Shown here one piece after another: positions 1 through 8,412 of a stretch of 35,179 nucleotides of DNA. Location of the stretch: contig DASCPX010000164.1 of NCBI GenBank assembly GCA_036012755.1, positions 1 through 35,179 on the forward strand. Direction: 5' to 3'. The stretch comes from Myxococcota bacterium. GTDB taxonomy: Bacteria; Myxococcota_A; UBA796; CAJQPC01. The notes beneath the pieces are model-generated. The model worked only from the letters and a program-made list of their open reading frames with translations. It was not told the DNA's origin and did not search any database. The stretch's first letter is position 1. Each line of letters begins with the position of its first letter. A program made the position numbers and the translations under genes.

Positions 1-18
1 GATCAAACTCTCCAGTTG
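1..18 (-). rRNA. rrs: 16S rRNA gene, extreme 5' end only (runs off the left edge of the window)
   Basis: Reverse complement of 1-18 is CAACTGGAGAGTTTGATC, which contains the universal 16S 5' motif AGAGTTTGATC (27F primer site). A boxA-like element and a canonical promoter lie upstream on the same strand. Confidence 0.88.
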
Positions 19-117
19 TAAAACGTTCGACCTAGACCCGAAAGTCTAAGAAGAATTCGTCTACCTGGACGCTTGTCCAAGCGATTAACTCTAAAAGAAT
101 CGACAGAGCTGCTATCT

Positions 118-131
118 GTTTTTCAAAGACC
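118..131 (-). promoter_or_regulatory. rrn leader boxA antitermination element
   Basis: Minus strand reads GGTCTTTGAAAAAC about 100 nt upstream of the 16S 5' end, resembling rrn boxA. A boxB-like hairpin GCTGGCAT-CTCG-ATGCCGGC lies at 154-173. Confidence 0.7.
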
Positions 132-207
132 GAACCGGCTCGCACCAGTCGACGCCGGCATCGAGATGCCAGCCGCTTTCAGGAGGTGTCCTCCCAAGAG
201 CCCACGC

Positions 208-236
208 ATATTAGCCAGGGGCCCCAGTGGCGTCAA
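208..236 (-). promoter_or_regulatory. sigma70-type rRNA operon promoter
   Basis: Minus strand: TTGACG (236-231), 17-nt spacer, TAATAT (213-208), then a GC-rich discriminator-like stretch (GCGTGGG). It points towards the 16S gene. Confidence 0.85.
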
Positions 237-267
237 GAAAAAGAGCCGGATTGGATCCGGCCCTTTT
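235..267 (-). terminator. Intrinsic terminator of the minus-strand envelope operon
   Basis: Minus strand AGGGCCGGAT-CCA-ATCCGGCTCT (10-bp stem with one G-U pair) followed by TTTTCTT, about 35 nt after the stop at 302. A second hairpin CTCCAG-GTGT-CTGGAG lies at 274-289. Confidence 0.7.
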
Positions 268-301
268 CTGCCCCTCCAGGTGTCTGGAGTTACGGGGCTT
301 T

Positions 302-3277
302 TCAGGAGCTCTCAGAGCCGTCGAAGCCGCTCGAGCAGCCGTCGTCCTCTGAGTCGATGAAACCATCATCGTCGTCGTCGACGCCGTTGCTGCAGTTGTA
401 GCTCCGGACGGAGAGACTCTCGTCGTCCGTGGCCGTCGTGCAGTCCGGGTCATCGGCGTCGATCCAGCCGTCGCCGTCCTGGTCGAGGCCGTCGCTGCAG
501 GTCCCGCCGTCCTCGCTCGCTCCGAACCACGGGGCGCAGCTTGGGTCGTCGCCGTCGACGAGACCATCGGCGTCGCCGTCCGCTCCGTCGGTGCAGCTGC
601 CGTTGTCCTTCTCGTCGTCGAGCCACCCACTGGGGGCGAAGGAGCGCTCGATTCCGTAGAGGTCGAACTGAGCCCCTCCCCAGCAGGCAGGGTCGTCGGC
701 ATCGATCAGACCGTCAGAGTCGTTGTCCTCGCCGTCGTAGCAAGCGCGCGCAGTCAGCGGGTGGTCCTCGAGTTCGTGGAAGGCCCACCACTCCTGGCTC
801 TTGGTGTAGTCGCAGTCAGGGTCGAGCTCGTCGATGTAGCCGTCCTCGTCGCCGTCTTCAGCGTCGATACAGCCGAGGATGAACTCCGGCTGCTCGGTCC
901 CGAAGCCGGCGTCGTGCTCGGCACAGCCCGGGTCCTCGGCGTCCACGTCGCCGTTGCCGTCGTTGTCCAAGCCGTCGTTGCACTCGTACTCGCCGCCGAA
1001 GCCGTCGTCCTCGGGATCAGCGCCGGCGGTACAGCCAGGATCCTCCGAGTCGCTCCAGCCATCGCCGTCGTTGTCTTCGCCGTCGGCGCAGGGCGTCGTG
1101 TCCTCGCCGAGCTCGCCGAGCTCCACGCCGGGCTCGGTGTCGCTGCACTCGGCGTCGAGGTCGTCGATCCAGCCATCACCATCGTTGTCCTCGCCGTCAC
1201 TGCAGTCGCCCGACTCGAGGTCGTAGCCGCTGGCGCAGTCCGAATCCTCCTGGTCGATGTCGCCGTCGCCGTCGTTGTCGAAGTCGTCGTTGCAGCTGTA
1301 CACGCCGGCGTTGCTGCCGTCCTCGACATCGCCGAGCTCACAGTCGGGGTCGAAGTCGTCCGGCCAGCCGTCGCCGTCGCCGTCCTCGCAGTCGCTGCAG
1401 CCGTCGTTGTCGAGCGGGTGATCGAAGCTCTGGAAGCCGAAGTCGCCGGTGTTGTAGGAGAAGATCAAGTCGCCGCCGACCTTCGGGTGGTCGCTGTGCA
1501 GGCGGTACTCCGTGACACGATCCACTGTCACGAACAGGTAGCCGTAGTTCCCGTTGAGCGGACTCGCCCACGAGCAGGCCATCTCGCCGCCCAGGTTCGT
1601 GGAGCAACCACCGTCGATGAAGGTGACGTCCGGTAGCTGGTAGAGGACCTCGACAGGAACGTCGACGTAGCTGAGACCTTCGAACAAGGTGTCGTAGTTG
1701 TTGTCGTCAGGGACCTGGATCGATGCCCGGAAGGGGTAGCCCTCGCCGCCGAACCACCCGAGGTTCATGACGGTCAGCGCGACGCGCACGTTGGTCTGGA
1801 CATCGACCACCGCGGGATCGTCGCTCGGCAGGAAACCGGATGGCCGCCAGGTCAGGCGGAGTCCGGCCTCATCGAGGTCCGGGACCAGATCGTCGTCGTC
1901 GAGGGAGTCGAAGCACTCGTCCAGGCCGAGCACCGGGCCGCCCGTGTAGGTCCCGCCAGAGAGACCCCAGAACTCCGGGGCGCCTGCATCGTTCGCAGCA
2001 TCGAAGCCCTCTGCCCAGTTGAAGAGGATGGGCTCCGGGAGCGTGAGCTGGACCTCGTGGAGACCGGTGTCCTCTGCGTCGAGCAGGATGGTCGGGTGGC
2101 AGTCCGAATCGTCACCGTCCACCAGTCCGTCCTCGTCGTTGTCGACTCCGTCGAAACAGCTGTGGCAGTCGTCGTCCTCCAGATCGCGGACCTTGAAGCC
2201 CTGCTCCTCGGTCCTCCCGTCGTTGTTGTCCCCGTCGAAGCACGAACTCATCCCGATGTCGGGATCCTCGGCTCCCTCGCCCCGCGCCATGAAGAAGGGG
2301 ATCGGGACCGGGTACTCGACGGCATAGGCGTTCGTGTCCGTCTGGTACTCCTCCTCTTCACAGATCTGCATCACCGAGGCGTCATACAGGGTCGCGCCGT
2401 CATCGCAGTCGCCTTCGTCCGTGAGGTACAGGACGACGTCCTCGTCGTAGGACGGGAGCCTATACGCGGCGTGTTCGTCGTCGCCGCCGTAGTACCAGTA
2501 GGCCAGGGTCCGCAGGTCAGCGCAGTAGCTGACACCCTCGAGCTCGGGGTTGCGCAGACGGATCTTCTCGTCCGGTGTCGGGAGTTCCTCGCGCAGGTCA
2601 TCCGTCCAGGCCAGGTAGGGGTTGTACGCAGGGGTCTGGACCGCCCACACCTCGGACCAGTCGGCGCCGCCGGACCATCCGTACTCGACCGAGTGGACCC
2701 GTCCGAAGCGCGAACCGTAGAGCGCCGCTGCTCCGTCGAAGCCGGTGTTGCCCATGTAGCTGAAGGTGTCGAATCCGAAGGCGACACCCTGATCCGGCGT
2801 CTCCGGGTCGTCGTCGTCGTCGAAGTAGTAGACATCCCGCCCACCGTAGGGCGAGCTGCCACCATAGGCGCTGTAGTAGAAGTCGTTGACCTGGATGTAC
2901 GCGACCTGGTCGTCGAAGAGGTCGGTGACGTCGTACACGTAGCCGCCCTCGAGCACGCCCACGCCGCCGAGGGTGGCGACGCGCACGTCCACTGCGCCGC
3001 CTTCGATCGGTCCCTTGGGGGAGACCGCCACGATCTCTGTGTCCGAGACGGACTTGATGACGGCGTTGGTCGAGCCGAAGAAGACGACGATGGCCGTGCT
3101 GTCGTCTCCAAAACCGCTTCCCTGGATGTTGACGTCGTAGCCGCCGAGATTCCCGATCTCGGCTCCGACGCCGTCGCTTCCGAGGACATCGGCCACCTGG
3201 GGCGCCTTGCCCGAGTAGTAGGGCTCGTGGGTGTCTATGTACTGGCAGGCCAGGACTGTGAGAAGTGCCACACTCAT
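302..3277 (-). CDS. Large acidic surface lipoprotein with an N-terminal IPT/TIG-like domain and Cys/Asp-rich repeats (991 aa)
   Basis: Start reassigned to ATG 3277, 1 nt after the upstream TGA. MSVALLTVLAC lipobox-like N-terminus. IPT-like segment GGYDVNIQGSGF...SVSDTEIVAVSP...GAVDVRV. About 12 C-x-DG-x-D-x-D-x-DG-x-x-D-x-x-D-x-x-C repeats. Confidence 0.8.
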   Translation of the reverse strand: MSVALLTVLACQYIDTHEPYYSGKAPQVADVLGSDGVGAEIGNLGGYDVNIQGSGFGDDSTAIVVFFGSTNAVIKSVSDTEIVAVSPKGPIEGGAVDVRVATLGGVGVLEGGYVYDVTDLFDDQVAYIQVNDFYYSAYGGSSPYGGRDVYYFDDDDDPETPDQGVAFGFDTFSYMGNTGFDGAAALYGSRFGRVHSVEYGWSGGADWSEVWAVQTPAYNPYLAWTDDLREELPTPDEKIRLRNPELEGVSYCADLRTLAYWYYGGDDEHAAYRLPSYDEDVVLYLTDEGDCDDGATLYDASVMQICEEEEYQTDTNAYAVEYPVPIPFFMARGEGAEDPDIGMSSCFDGDNNDGRTEEQGFKVRDLEDDDCHSCFDGVDNDEDGLVDGDDSDCHPTILLDAEDTGLHEVQLTLPEPILFNWAEGFDAANDAGAPEFWGLSGGTYTGGPVLGLDECFDSLDDDDLVPDLDEAGLRLTWRPSGFLPSDDPAVVDVQTNVRVALTVMNLGWFGGEGYPFRASIQVPDDNNYDTLFEGLSYVDVPVEVLYQLPDVTFIDGGCSTNLGGEMACSWASPLNGNYGYLFVTVDRVTEYRLHSDHPKVGGDLIFSYNTGDFGFQSFDHPLDNDGCSDCEDGDGDGWPDDFDPDCELGDVEDGSNAGVYSCNDDFDNDGDGDIDQEDSDCASGYDLESGDCSDGEDNDGDGWIDDLDAECSDTEPGVELGELGEDTTPCADGEDNDGDGWSDSEDPGCTAGADPEDDGFGGEYECNDGLDNDGNGDVDAEDPGCAEHDAGFGTEQPEFILGCIDAEDGDEDGYIDELDPDCDYTKSQEWWAFHELEDHPLTARACYDGEDNDSDGLIDADDPACWGGAQFDLYGIERSFAPSGWLDDEKDNGSCTDGADGDADGLVDGDDPSCAPWFGASEDGGTCSDGLDQDGDGWIDADDPDCTTATDDESLSVRSYNCSNGVDDDDDGFIDSEDDGCSSGFDGSESS
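335..1399 (-). repeat. Ten Cys/Asp-rich putative metal (Ca2+)-binding protein repeats (coding)
   Basis: Examples: CSDGEDNDGDGWIDDLDAEC, CADGEDNDGDGWSDSEDPGC, CNDGLDNDGNGDVDAEDPGC, CSDGLDQDGDGWIDADDPDC. Two further copies lie at about 2099-2242. Confidence 0.85.
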
Positions 3278-3278
3278 C

Positions 3279-4844
3279 TCAGTTCCCCTTGTCCAGGTCG
3301 GAGAGGTCCTCGACTCGGAACCGACCGATCTGCACCGAGTTCGCTCGGAGCTTGATGTCGTTGATGTCGCGCTTGAACCCGGCCTGGTCACGGACGGGCG
3401 GCACCGGCGCCTCGGCTTCGGTGGTGCGCGAGAAGAAGAAGACTGCGCCACCTGCGTCGTTCGCAGCGGCGTAGCGGAGGGCGTTGGCGAGGTGTTCGTT
3501 GGTCAGGACGAACTCGCCGTCGTCCTCCAGCCGGCAGGTCACCTCTGCCAGCGTGCTGGTGGGATCTCCCTCGAGGGTGGGGATGAGCTCGCCGTCCGCG
3601 CTCTCGAAGGTCGGGTCGAAGATGTACTCCAGCCCGTTGTCCTCGTCGTCGCAAGCGAGCGGGGCCCGATAGCCCTGCGGGAGGTCTCCCTCGACCTTGC
3701 CGCCGCTCTCGCGCTGGTCCCACTTCGCCTGCACGTCCGGGTGCGGATCCACCGGGACCAGCGCGACCAGGAAGGAGTCGTCCGTCCGGTCCACGGCCGG
3801 GAGGAAACGAACGCTCAGCACGACCGTGTCGTCGATCTCTTCGGCGCCCGCCTCCCAGTGGAAGGTCACCTCCCCGTCGATGGTGTCCCACGGGCCGGTG
3901 TAGACCTGCCCGGGGAAGTACCCGCCCTCGAAGTACTCGTCTTCGAGCGCCCCCGTGGGAAACACGGACTGACCGGCACAGTCGAGGTCGTCGACCGGCC
4001 CATCGACGATCCCGGTCCCGTCGAGGCTGCTGCCCCAGTAGCGGACGCAGGTGGCGTACTCGCCCGCCGCAGCCTCCGCGTGGACGTCCTGGTGCGGCCC
4101 GTTCCAGCTGACCCAGAGGTTGCTCGGGCGCTCGGGCAGGACGATGGTCGGATCGCCGACGTAGGCGCTGGGGAGGGGGATGCTGGAGACGGGGGCCTCG
4201 ACCGGCGGGATGCCGCCCGGGAAGCTGACCGCGACCTCCGCGCCCTCCGACCAGTTCGCCGCCCGCATGACCTTCTGCTCCAGCTGGCCGGTCTCGGAGT
4301 CGACGGCGTAGTTCATCACAGGGGAGTCGACCCAGCTCTCGACAGCCTGGTAGTAGACGAAGACGTCCTGCGGATCTGGCGGATAGATCTCGGGGAAGCG
4401 CCCGAAGGTGAGGGACGTCGTGCCCTCCGCGTCGGACATGACGAGCTGATCGCCGACCTCGCTCGTGCTCGCCAGCAGGTAGGAGAAGGGCTCCTTGTTC
4501 GTCCAGCAGGCGTCGTCCGCCGGCGGCGGCACCGCGATGTTCCCATGGTGGGCGTCGGGGGCAGGGACGAGGTCGTCGAAGATGAAGGCGAGACCGTAGA
4601 CCATCACGTACGGCGGCTCGAAGTCCACGATGGACGGACCTGCGGCGTCGAACCACCGGAAACCGAGCAGCCCCATCGGCAGCTCACCACCGGCGAACTC
4701 GATACGATCGACCTCGATCAGGCCACCGAAGTACTCCGGCTCCGGACCGATCTCGTCCGGGTCCAGCCCGACACCGACCATCTTGACGTCCGTCTCGGTG
4801 ACTGGCCGTCCGCAAGCCGCGAGGAAGAGAATGGAGAGGCTCAT
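3279..4844 (-). CDS. Hypothetical acidic lipoprotein (521 aa)
   Basis: ATG 4844 preceded by a strong RBS AGGAGG that overlaps the upstream TAG. MSLSILFLAAC lipobox-like N-terminus. Sits inside an operon with typical codon usage. No catalytic motif recognised. Confidence 0.75.
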   Translation of the reverse strand: MSLSILFLAACGRPVTETDVKMVGVGLDPDEIGPEPEYFGGLIEVDRIEFAGGELPMGLLGFRWFDAAGPSIVDFEPPYVMVYGLAFIFDDLVPAPDAHHGNIAVPPPADDACWTNKEPFSYLLASTSEVGDQLVMSDAEGTTSLTFGRFPEIYPPDPQDVFVYYQAVESWVDSPVMNYAVDSETGQLEQKVMRAANWSEGAEVAVSFPGGIPPVEAPVSSIPLPSAYVGDPTIVLPERPSNLWVSWNGPHQDVHAEAAAGEYATCVRYWGSSLDGTGIVDGPVDDLDCAGQSVFPTGALEDEYFEGGYFPGQVYTGPWDTIDGEVTFHWEAGAEEIDDTVVLSVRFLPAVDRTDDSFLVALVPVDPHPDVQAKWDQRESGGKVEGDLPQGYRAPLACDDEDNGLEYIFDPTFESADGELIPTLEGDPTSTLAEVTCRLEDDGEFVLTNEHLANALRYAAANDAGGAVFFFSRTTEAEAPVPPVRDQAGFKRDINDIKLRANSVQIGRFRVEDLSDLDKGN

Positions 4845-4852
4845 GGTTCCTC

Positions 4853-7800
4853 CTACCAGCCGGTACCGAGGCCGATGTACACGCGCACACCAGGCTTCTC
4901 GGTCTCGGTAGAGAGATTGTCTCCGACGCCATTGTCGGCGGTGGACGTGATGTCGTCTCCGTTCACGTCGGAGATGCCGCGGATCTCGTTCAGACCGTAG
5001 CTGACGCGCAGGAAGCTGTTCCAGCTCCCGCGGTTGAACATCACGGTGGACAAGCGCAGCTCGGCTCCGATGTCGGACAGCAGGTAGTTCGGGTCCACCT
5101 TTCCGGTCACCGGGTCCACCGGGGAGTTCTTGTAGCTGTAGTCCTGGAACGGGACCTCGCGCACGACGTCCGACTCGTCGTAGGCGACCCGGGCGTCGTA
5201 GCGGTTCGTGTAGTAGCTGCCTGGCTCGTCCGGAGGTCGATAGGACCACAGGTTACCGACGGTCCCCATGAGCTGGGCGTGCAGGTCATAGAAGTAGAAA
5301 GGCCCGACCTTCTTGTTCATGTCGGTCTTGACCGGGAACTTGTAGGCCAGCGACGCGACGAGCATCGTCTCGCCGACGAGGGATGACGAGGGGTAGCCCG
5401 AGAACATGGTGTTGGGCGCGAGGTTGCCCGAGCCCCAGTAGTAGGGATGGCGCCCGCCCGCCCGGTACTCGTCGTTGTACTGGACGTTGCGATCGATGTA
5501 GCCGAGCTGGACGTCCGCTGTGATGATGTGCCGGTACTTGTTCGCCTGACCCAGCAGACCGAGGACGTCCTTGTCCCACGGTGCCTTCACGCGCCAGTGC
5601 TCGGTCCAGCGGAAGTCGATGCGGTTGTACTGGTACTTGTCCAGCTGCTGCCCGTCGTCGACGTCGACACCATAGTAGGGCTCGTAGATGATGTCCGTGT
5701 AGCCCCGAAGGAAGGCGAGGCTGATGATGCGCCCCACCGGGTGACCGCCCCAGTAGTAGCGCTGGGAGACCGTACTCCACTGGGCGAAGCCAGAGAGCGC
5801 CCCCGTAGCCATGAACGGCTCCGGCTTGACGTCACTCGTGGTCTTGAAACCGTATGTAATACCAAGGACGCTGACGCCGGTCTGGAAGCGGCCGCGAGGG
5901 TCCCATGGGTACCTCGCGAAGCCCTGGACGACCGTGTAGACCTGGTTCTGCTTGCCCTCGAAGATGTCGACGTCGTTGGGCGTCGCGGGGTCGTTGTCCT
6001 GGTCGACAGCGCGCGCGAAGTCGAACTTGGTGAGACCCGTGCGGGCAAACACGCCGACGGTCGGACGCCGCACGTGGTTCTCGTAGTAGCCCCAGACGTT
6101 GGAGTCCTCGCCGAGCTCGCCGGCGAAGAGGACGACGTGGTCCTCGACGACATCCGAGAGGCGGACGAGCACTCCCCCGGTGACGCCCCAGTTCGTCATC
6201 GTGTCGTTGCTGACCCGGAACGTGGGGATCGCCAGCGGCGCCACCATGGACCGGGTGGCCCGGTACTTCCGGGTCATGCCCTCGTAGATCGAGAGGTCCT
6301 CTCGATACTCGAGCACGGCCGTGACCTCGGCCATGTCCGGCTCGGTGATGAACTGGTCGGAGTAGTCGGCGTTGAGGAACTGCTCCTTCGGGAGCGCCCA
6401 CGACTGGTAGCCGTAGGCGGTCTTGTAGGTGAAGAGCAGGTTCCCCTCTGGCGTGAGATAGGGCGTCTCGGCGTCCCCGATGACGTTCGTGATCTTCAGG
6501 ATCTGCTTCGTCTCTGGGTCGTAGCTGTAGACATTCATCACGAAGTCGGGATCCGACGTGAAGTAGATCCTGCCGTCGTGACCCCAGTGGGGGTCGAAGC
6601 TCTCCGCGCTGTCCCAGGTGATCGGCGTCACCTCGCCCGTCTCGGCGTCGAGGAGGATGATGTCGTTCTGGTAGTTCCGGTACATCGACACGACGACCTG
6701 GGTCCCGTCCGGACTCCAGTCCGGGCGCTGGAACATCGTGCCGTCGTGGAAGGTCGTCAGGGACTTCTTGTCCGTGCCGTCGAGGTTGATGGTGACGACG
6801 TTGGTCGTCCCGTCGAAGTACTCGAGGTAGACGACGCGGCCATCGTCGCGGACGGCGGGGTCCGTGCCGCGCTGGGTGTTCGGGATCGCGACCGGGTGCA
6901 GCGGCTTTGTCTGCCTGCCCATGACGGTCTTGGAGGTCAGGGACTCCAGCGCCCGCCCCCGCTCCTTGTGCTCGTCCATCTCCAGGGGCACATAGAAGAG
7001 CTGGTTCCAGTTGTAGCCGTCCCGCTCGAGGCGGATCTGTGTCCAGTAAGAGACCCGGTTGGGCGCGTAGCTGTCCTCTGTCGCCGTGACCACAACCGCG
7101 TCCTGTCCCGGCACGAAGTCCCAGCCGGACATGAAGCCCATCGAGATGCTGCCGGCCGAGTCGGCCTCGCCCTGTGCGGCCTGGGCGTCGGTGTTGCCAC
7201 CGCCGAAGCCGAAGATGGAGCCCTCCGAGGCCTGCTGGAGGCCCAGGGACCCCCGCGTGTTGATGCCGACCCATCTCCCGTCGTCCGAGATCTTCGGGTA
7301 GAGGCTGTAGGAGCCGTGGGTCCCCTTGGTCCGCTCGCGGTCGTCCAGCGCCTTGCCCCACCAGGCGTCCTCGGCGTCCCGGTCACCGAAGTGCCACTCG
7401 CCGACCCCCTGGATCGGGTAGCCCTCGACGAGGCCCTCGGCGATGATGTCGTCGCGCTGCTTCTCGTACTTGGCCGTGATGTAGGCCTTCCAGTCCTCGT
7501 AGAGCTCGCGGCCCGTGATCCCGAGCACGTCCTGGATGACGGTCTCCCAGTTGGGACGCCAGCCCTTGCCGTACTCGATGGCGAAGCGGGCCATGGTGTC
7601 GTCGCCGAAGCGCTCTCGCAGGTACAAGGCCATCGAGTAGCCCTGCTGGTAGCCGCGCTCGCCCTCGCCGAAGCCGCTGGCGTCGACGCGGGTGACCCAC
7701 TCGTCGTAGGTCAAAAGCCGGTCGTCGAGGACGGTCTGGCGGATGAAGGCGTCGCGACGCGAGGTCCAGACGTAGTAGCCGGTGTTGTCCGACCAGAACT

Positions 7801-8401
7801 CGGCGCCTCCCTCGGTCCACCACCAGGGGTCGTTCTGACCGATGCTCAGCTGGACCCCTGTCGCGGTGTCGCGGATCCCGTCGGAGTAGAGCCCCCCGAA
7901 GTTGATTCCCTGGACTCCGTCCGCCAGCGCGTTGCTGGCCTTCAGCGAGACGACGTGGGCGAACTCGTGGATCATGACGTCCGAGAACCACTCGCCGCGG
8001 CCTCGTGCCCGGTAGAAGTTGGAGCCCGGGTTCGCCGAGATCTCGATCCAGTCCCAGGAGGGGATCGTGAAGCCCGTCAGGTAGTCCATCTGATCGAGGA
8101 CCACGACGTGGATCTTCTCCTTGAGGAAGTAGTTGAGCTGGCCACACATCAGGGGCCACATCTCCTCGGAGACCTTCGCGGTCTTCCGGGCCGAGTACTC
8201 GGCGTTGATGTAGTGCTCGTTCCCGTCTTCGCGGGAGACCTTCGAGACCGGGTAGTGGATCTCGAAGTGCTCCGTCTCGATGGTGTACCAGTCGAGATCC
8301 GGCACGTGGTAGGGGTAGGCGAACTTCTCGGCCCGGGCCGTCGAGCTGATCGAGAGGCCGGCGAGGAGCACGGCGGCCAACAGCGTCTGGATGATGCGCA
8401 T
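4853..8401 (-). CDS. Outer membrane protein: zinc peptidase (MA-like) + TolB/PD40 beta-propeller + Omp85 (BamA/TamA-like) barrel (1182 aa)
   Basis: Signal peptide MRIIQTLLAAVLLAG...ARA. HEFAH (HExxH, 7955-7969) with downstream WTEGGAE. PD40-like repeats (PKISDDGRW, PDWSPDGTQV, PHWGHDGRI, PYLTPEGNL). C-terminal amphipathic strands with YRAGG...FSGYP...G (Omp85 loop-6-like) and terminal VYIGLGTGW. Confidence 0.8.
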   Translation of the reverse strand: MRIIQTLLAAVLLAGLSISSTARAEKFAYPYHVPDLDWYTIETEHFEIHYPVSKVSREDGNEHYINAEYSARKTAKVSEEMWPLMCGQLNYFLKEKIHVVVLDQMDYLTGFTIPSWDWIEISANPGSNFYRARGRGEWFSDVMIHEFAHVVSLKASNALADGVQGINFGGLYSDGIRDTATGVQLSIGQNDPWWWTEGGAEFWSDNTGYYVWTSRRDAFIRQTVLDDRLLTYDEWVTRVDASGFGEGERGYQQGYSMALYLRERFGDDTMARFAIEYGKGWRPNWETVIQDVLGITGRELYEDWKAYITAKYEKQRDDIIAEGLVEGYPIQGVGEWHFGDRDAEDAWWGKALDDRERTKGTHGSYSLYPKISDDGRWVGINTRGSLGLQQASEGSIFGFGGGNTDAQAAQGEADSAGSISMGFMSGWDFVPGQDAVVVTATEDSYAPNRVSYWTQIRLERDGYNWNQLFYVPLEMDEHKERGRALESLTSKTVMGRQTKPLHPVAIPNTQRGTDPAVRDDGRVVYLEYFDGTTNVVTINLDGTDKKSLTTFHDGTMFQRPDWSPDGTQVVVSMYRNYQNDIILLDAETGEVTPITWDSAESFDPHWGHDGRIYFTSDPDFVMNVYSYDPETKQILKITNVIGDAETPYLTPEGNLLFTYKTAYGYQSWALPKEQFLNADYSDQFITEPDMAEVTAVLEYREDLSIYEGMTRKYRATRSMVAPLAIPTFRVSNDTMTNWGVTGGVLVRLSDVVEDHVVLFAGELGEDSNVWGYYENHVRRPTVGVFARTGLTKFDFARAVDQDNDPATPNDVDIFEGKQNQVYTVVQGFARYPWDPRGRFQTGVSVLGITYGFKTTSDVKPEPFMATGALSGFAQWSTVSQRYYWGGHPVGRIISLAFLRGYTDIIYEPYYGVDVDDGQQLDKYQYNRIDFRWTEHWRVKAPWDKDVLGLLGQANKYRHIITADVQLGYIDRNVQYNDEYRAGGRHPYYWGSGNLAPNTMFSGYPSSSLVGETMLVASLAYKFPVKTDMNKKVGPFYFYDLHAQLMGTVGNLWSYRPPDEPGSYYTNRYDARVAYDESDVVREVPFQDYSYKNSPVDPVTGKVDPNYLLSDIGAELRLSTVMFNRGSWNSFLRVSYGLNEIRGISDVNGDDITSTADNGVGDNLSTETEKPGVRVYIGLGTGW

Positions 8402-8412
8402 GATCGGGACTC

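Noticed and set aside
73..401. Short plus-strand ORFs 73..360 and 186..401
   Set aside because: They overlap the rrn leader, promoter and terminator and the antisense of a real gene, with atypical composition and no motifs.
330..1400. Dense GTC/GCCGTC periodicity resembling a DNA repeat array or CRISPR
   Set aside because: Explained by Asp/Gly codons of the protein repeats. There are no identical direct repeats with unique spacers and no cas genes.
4853..8401. Calling the Omp85 protein bamA or tamA
   Set aside because: No POTRA repeats are recognisable and there is no bamA-type (skp/lpx) or tamB context, so no symbol was assigned.
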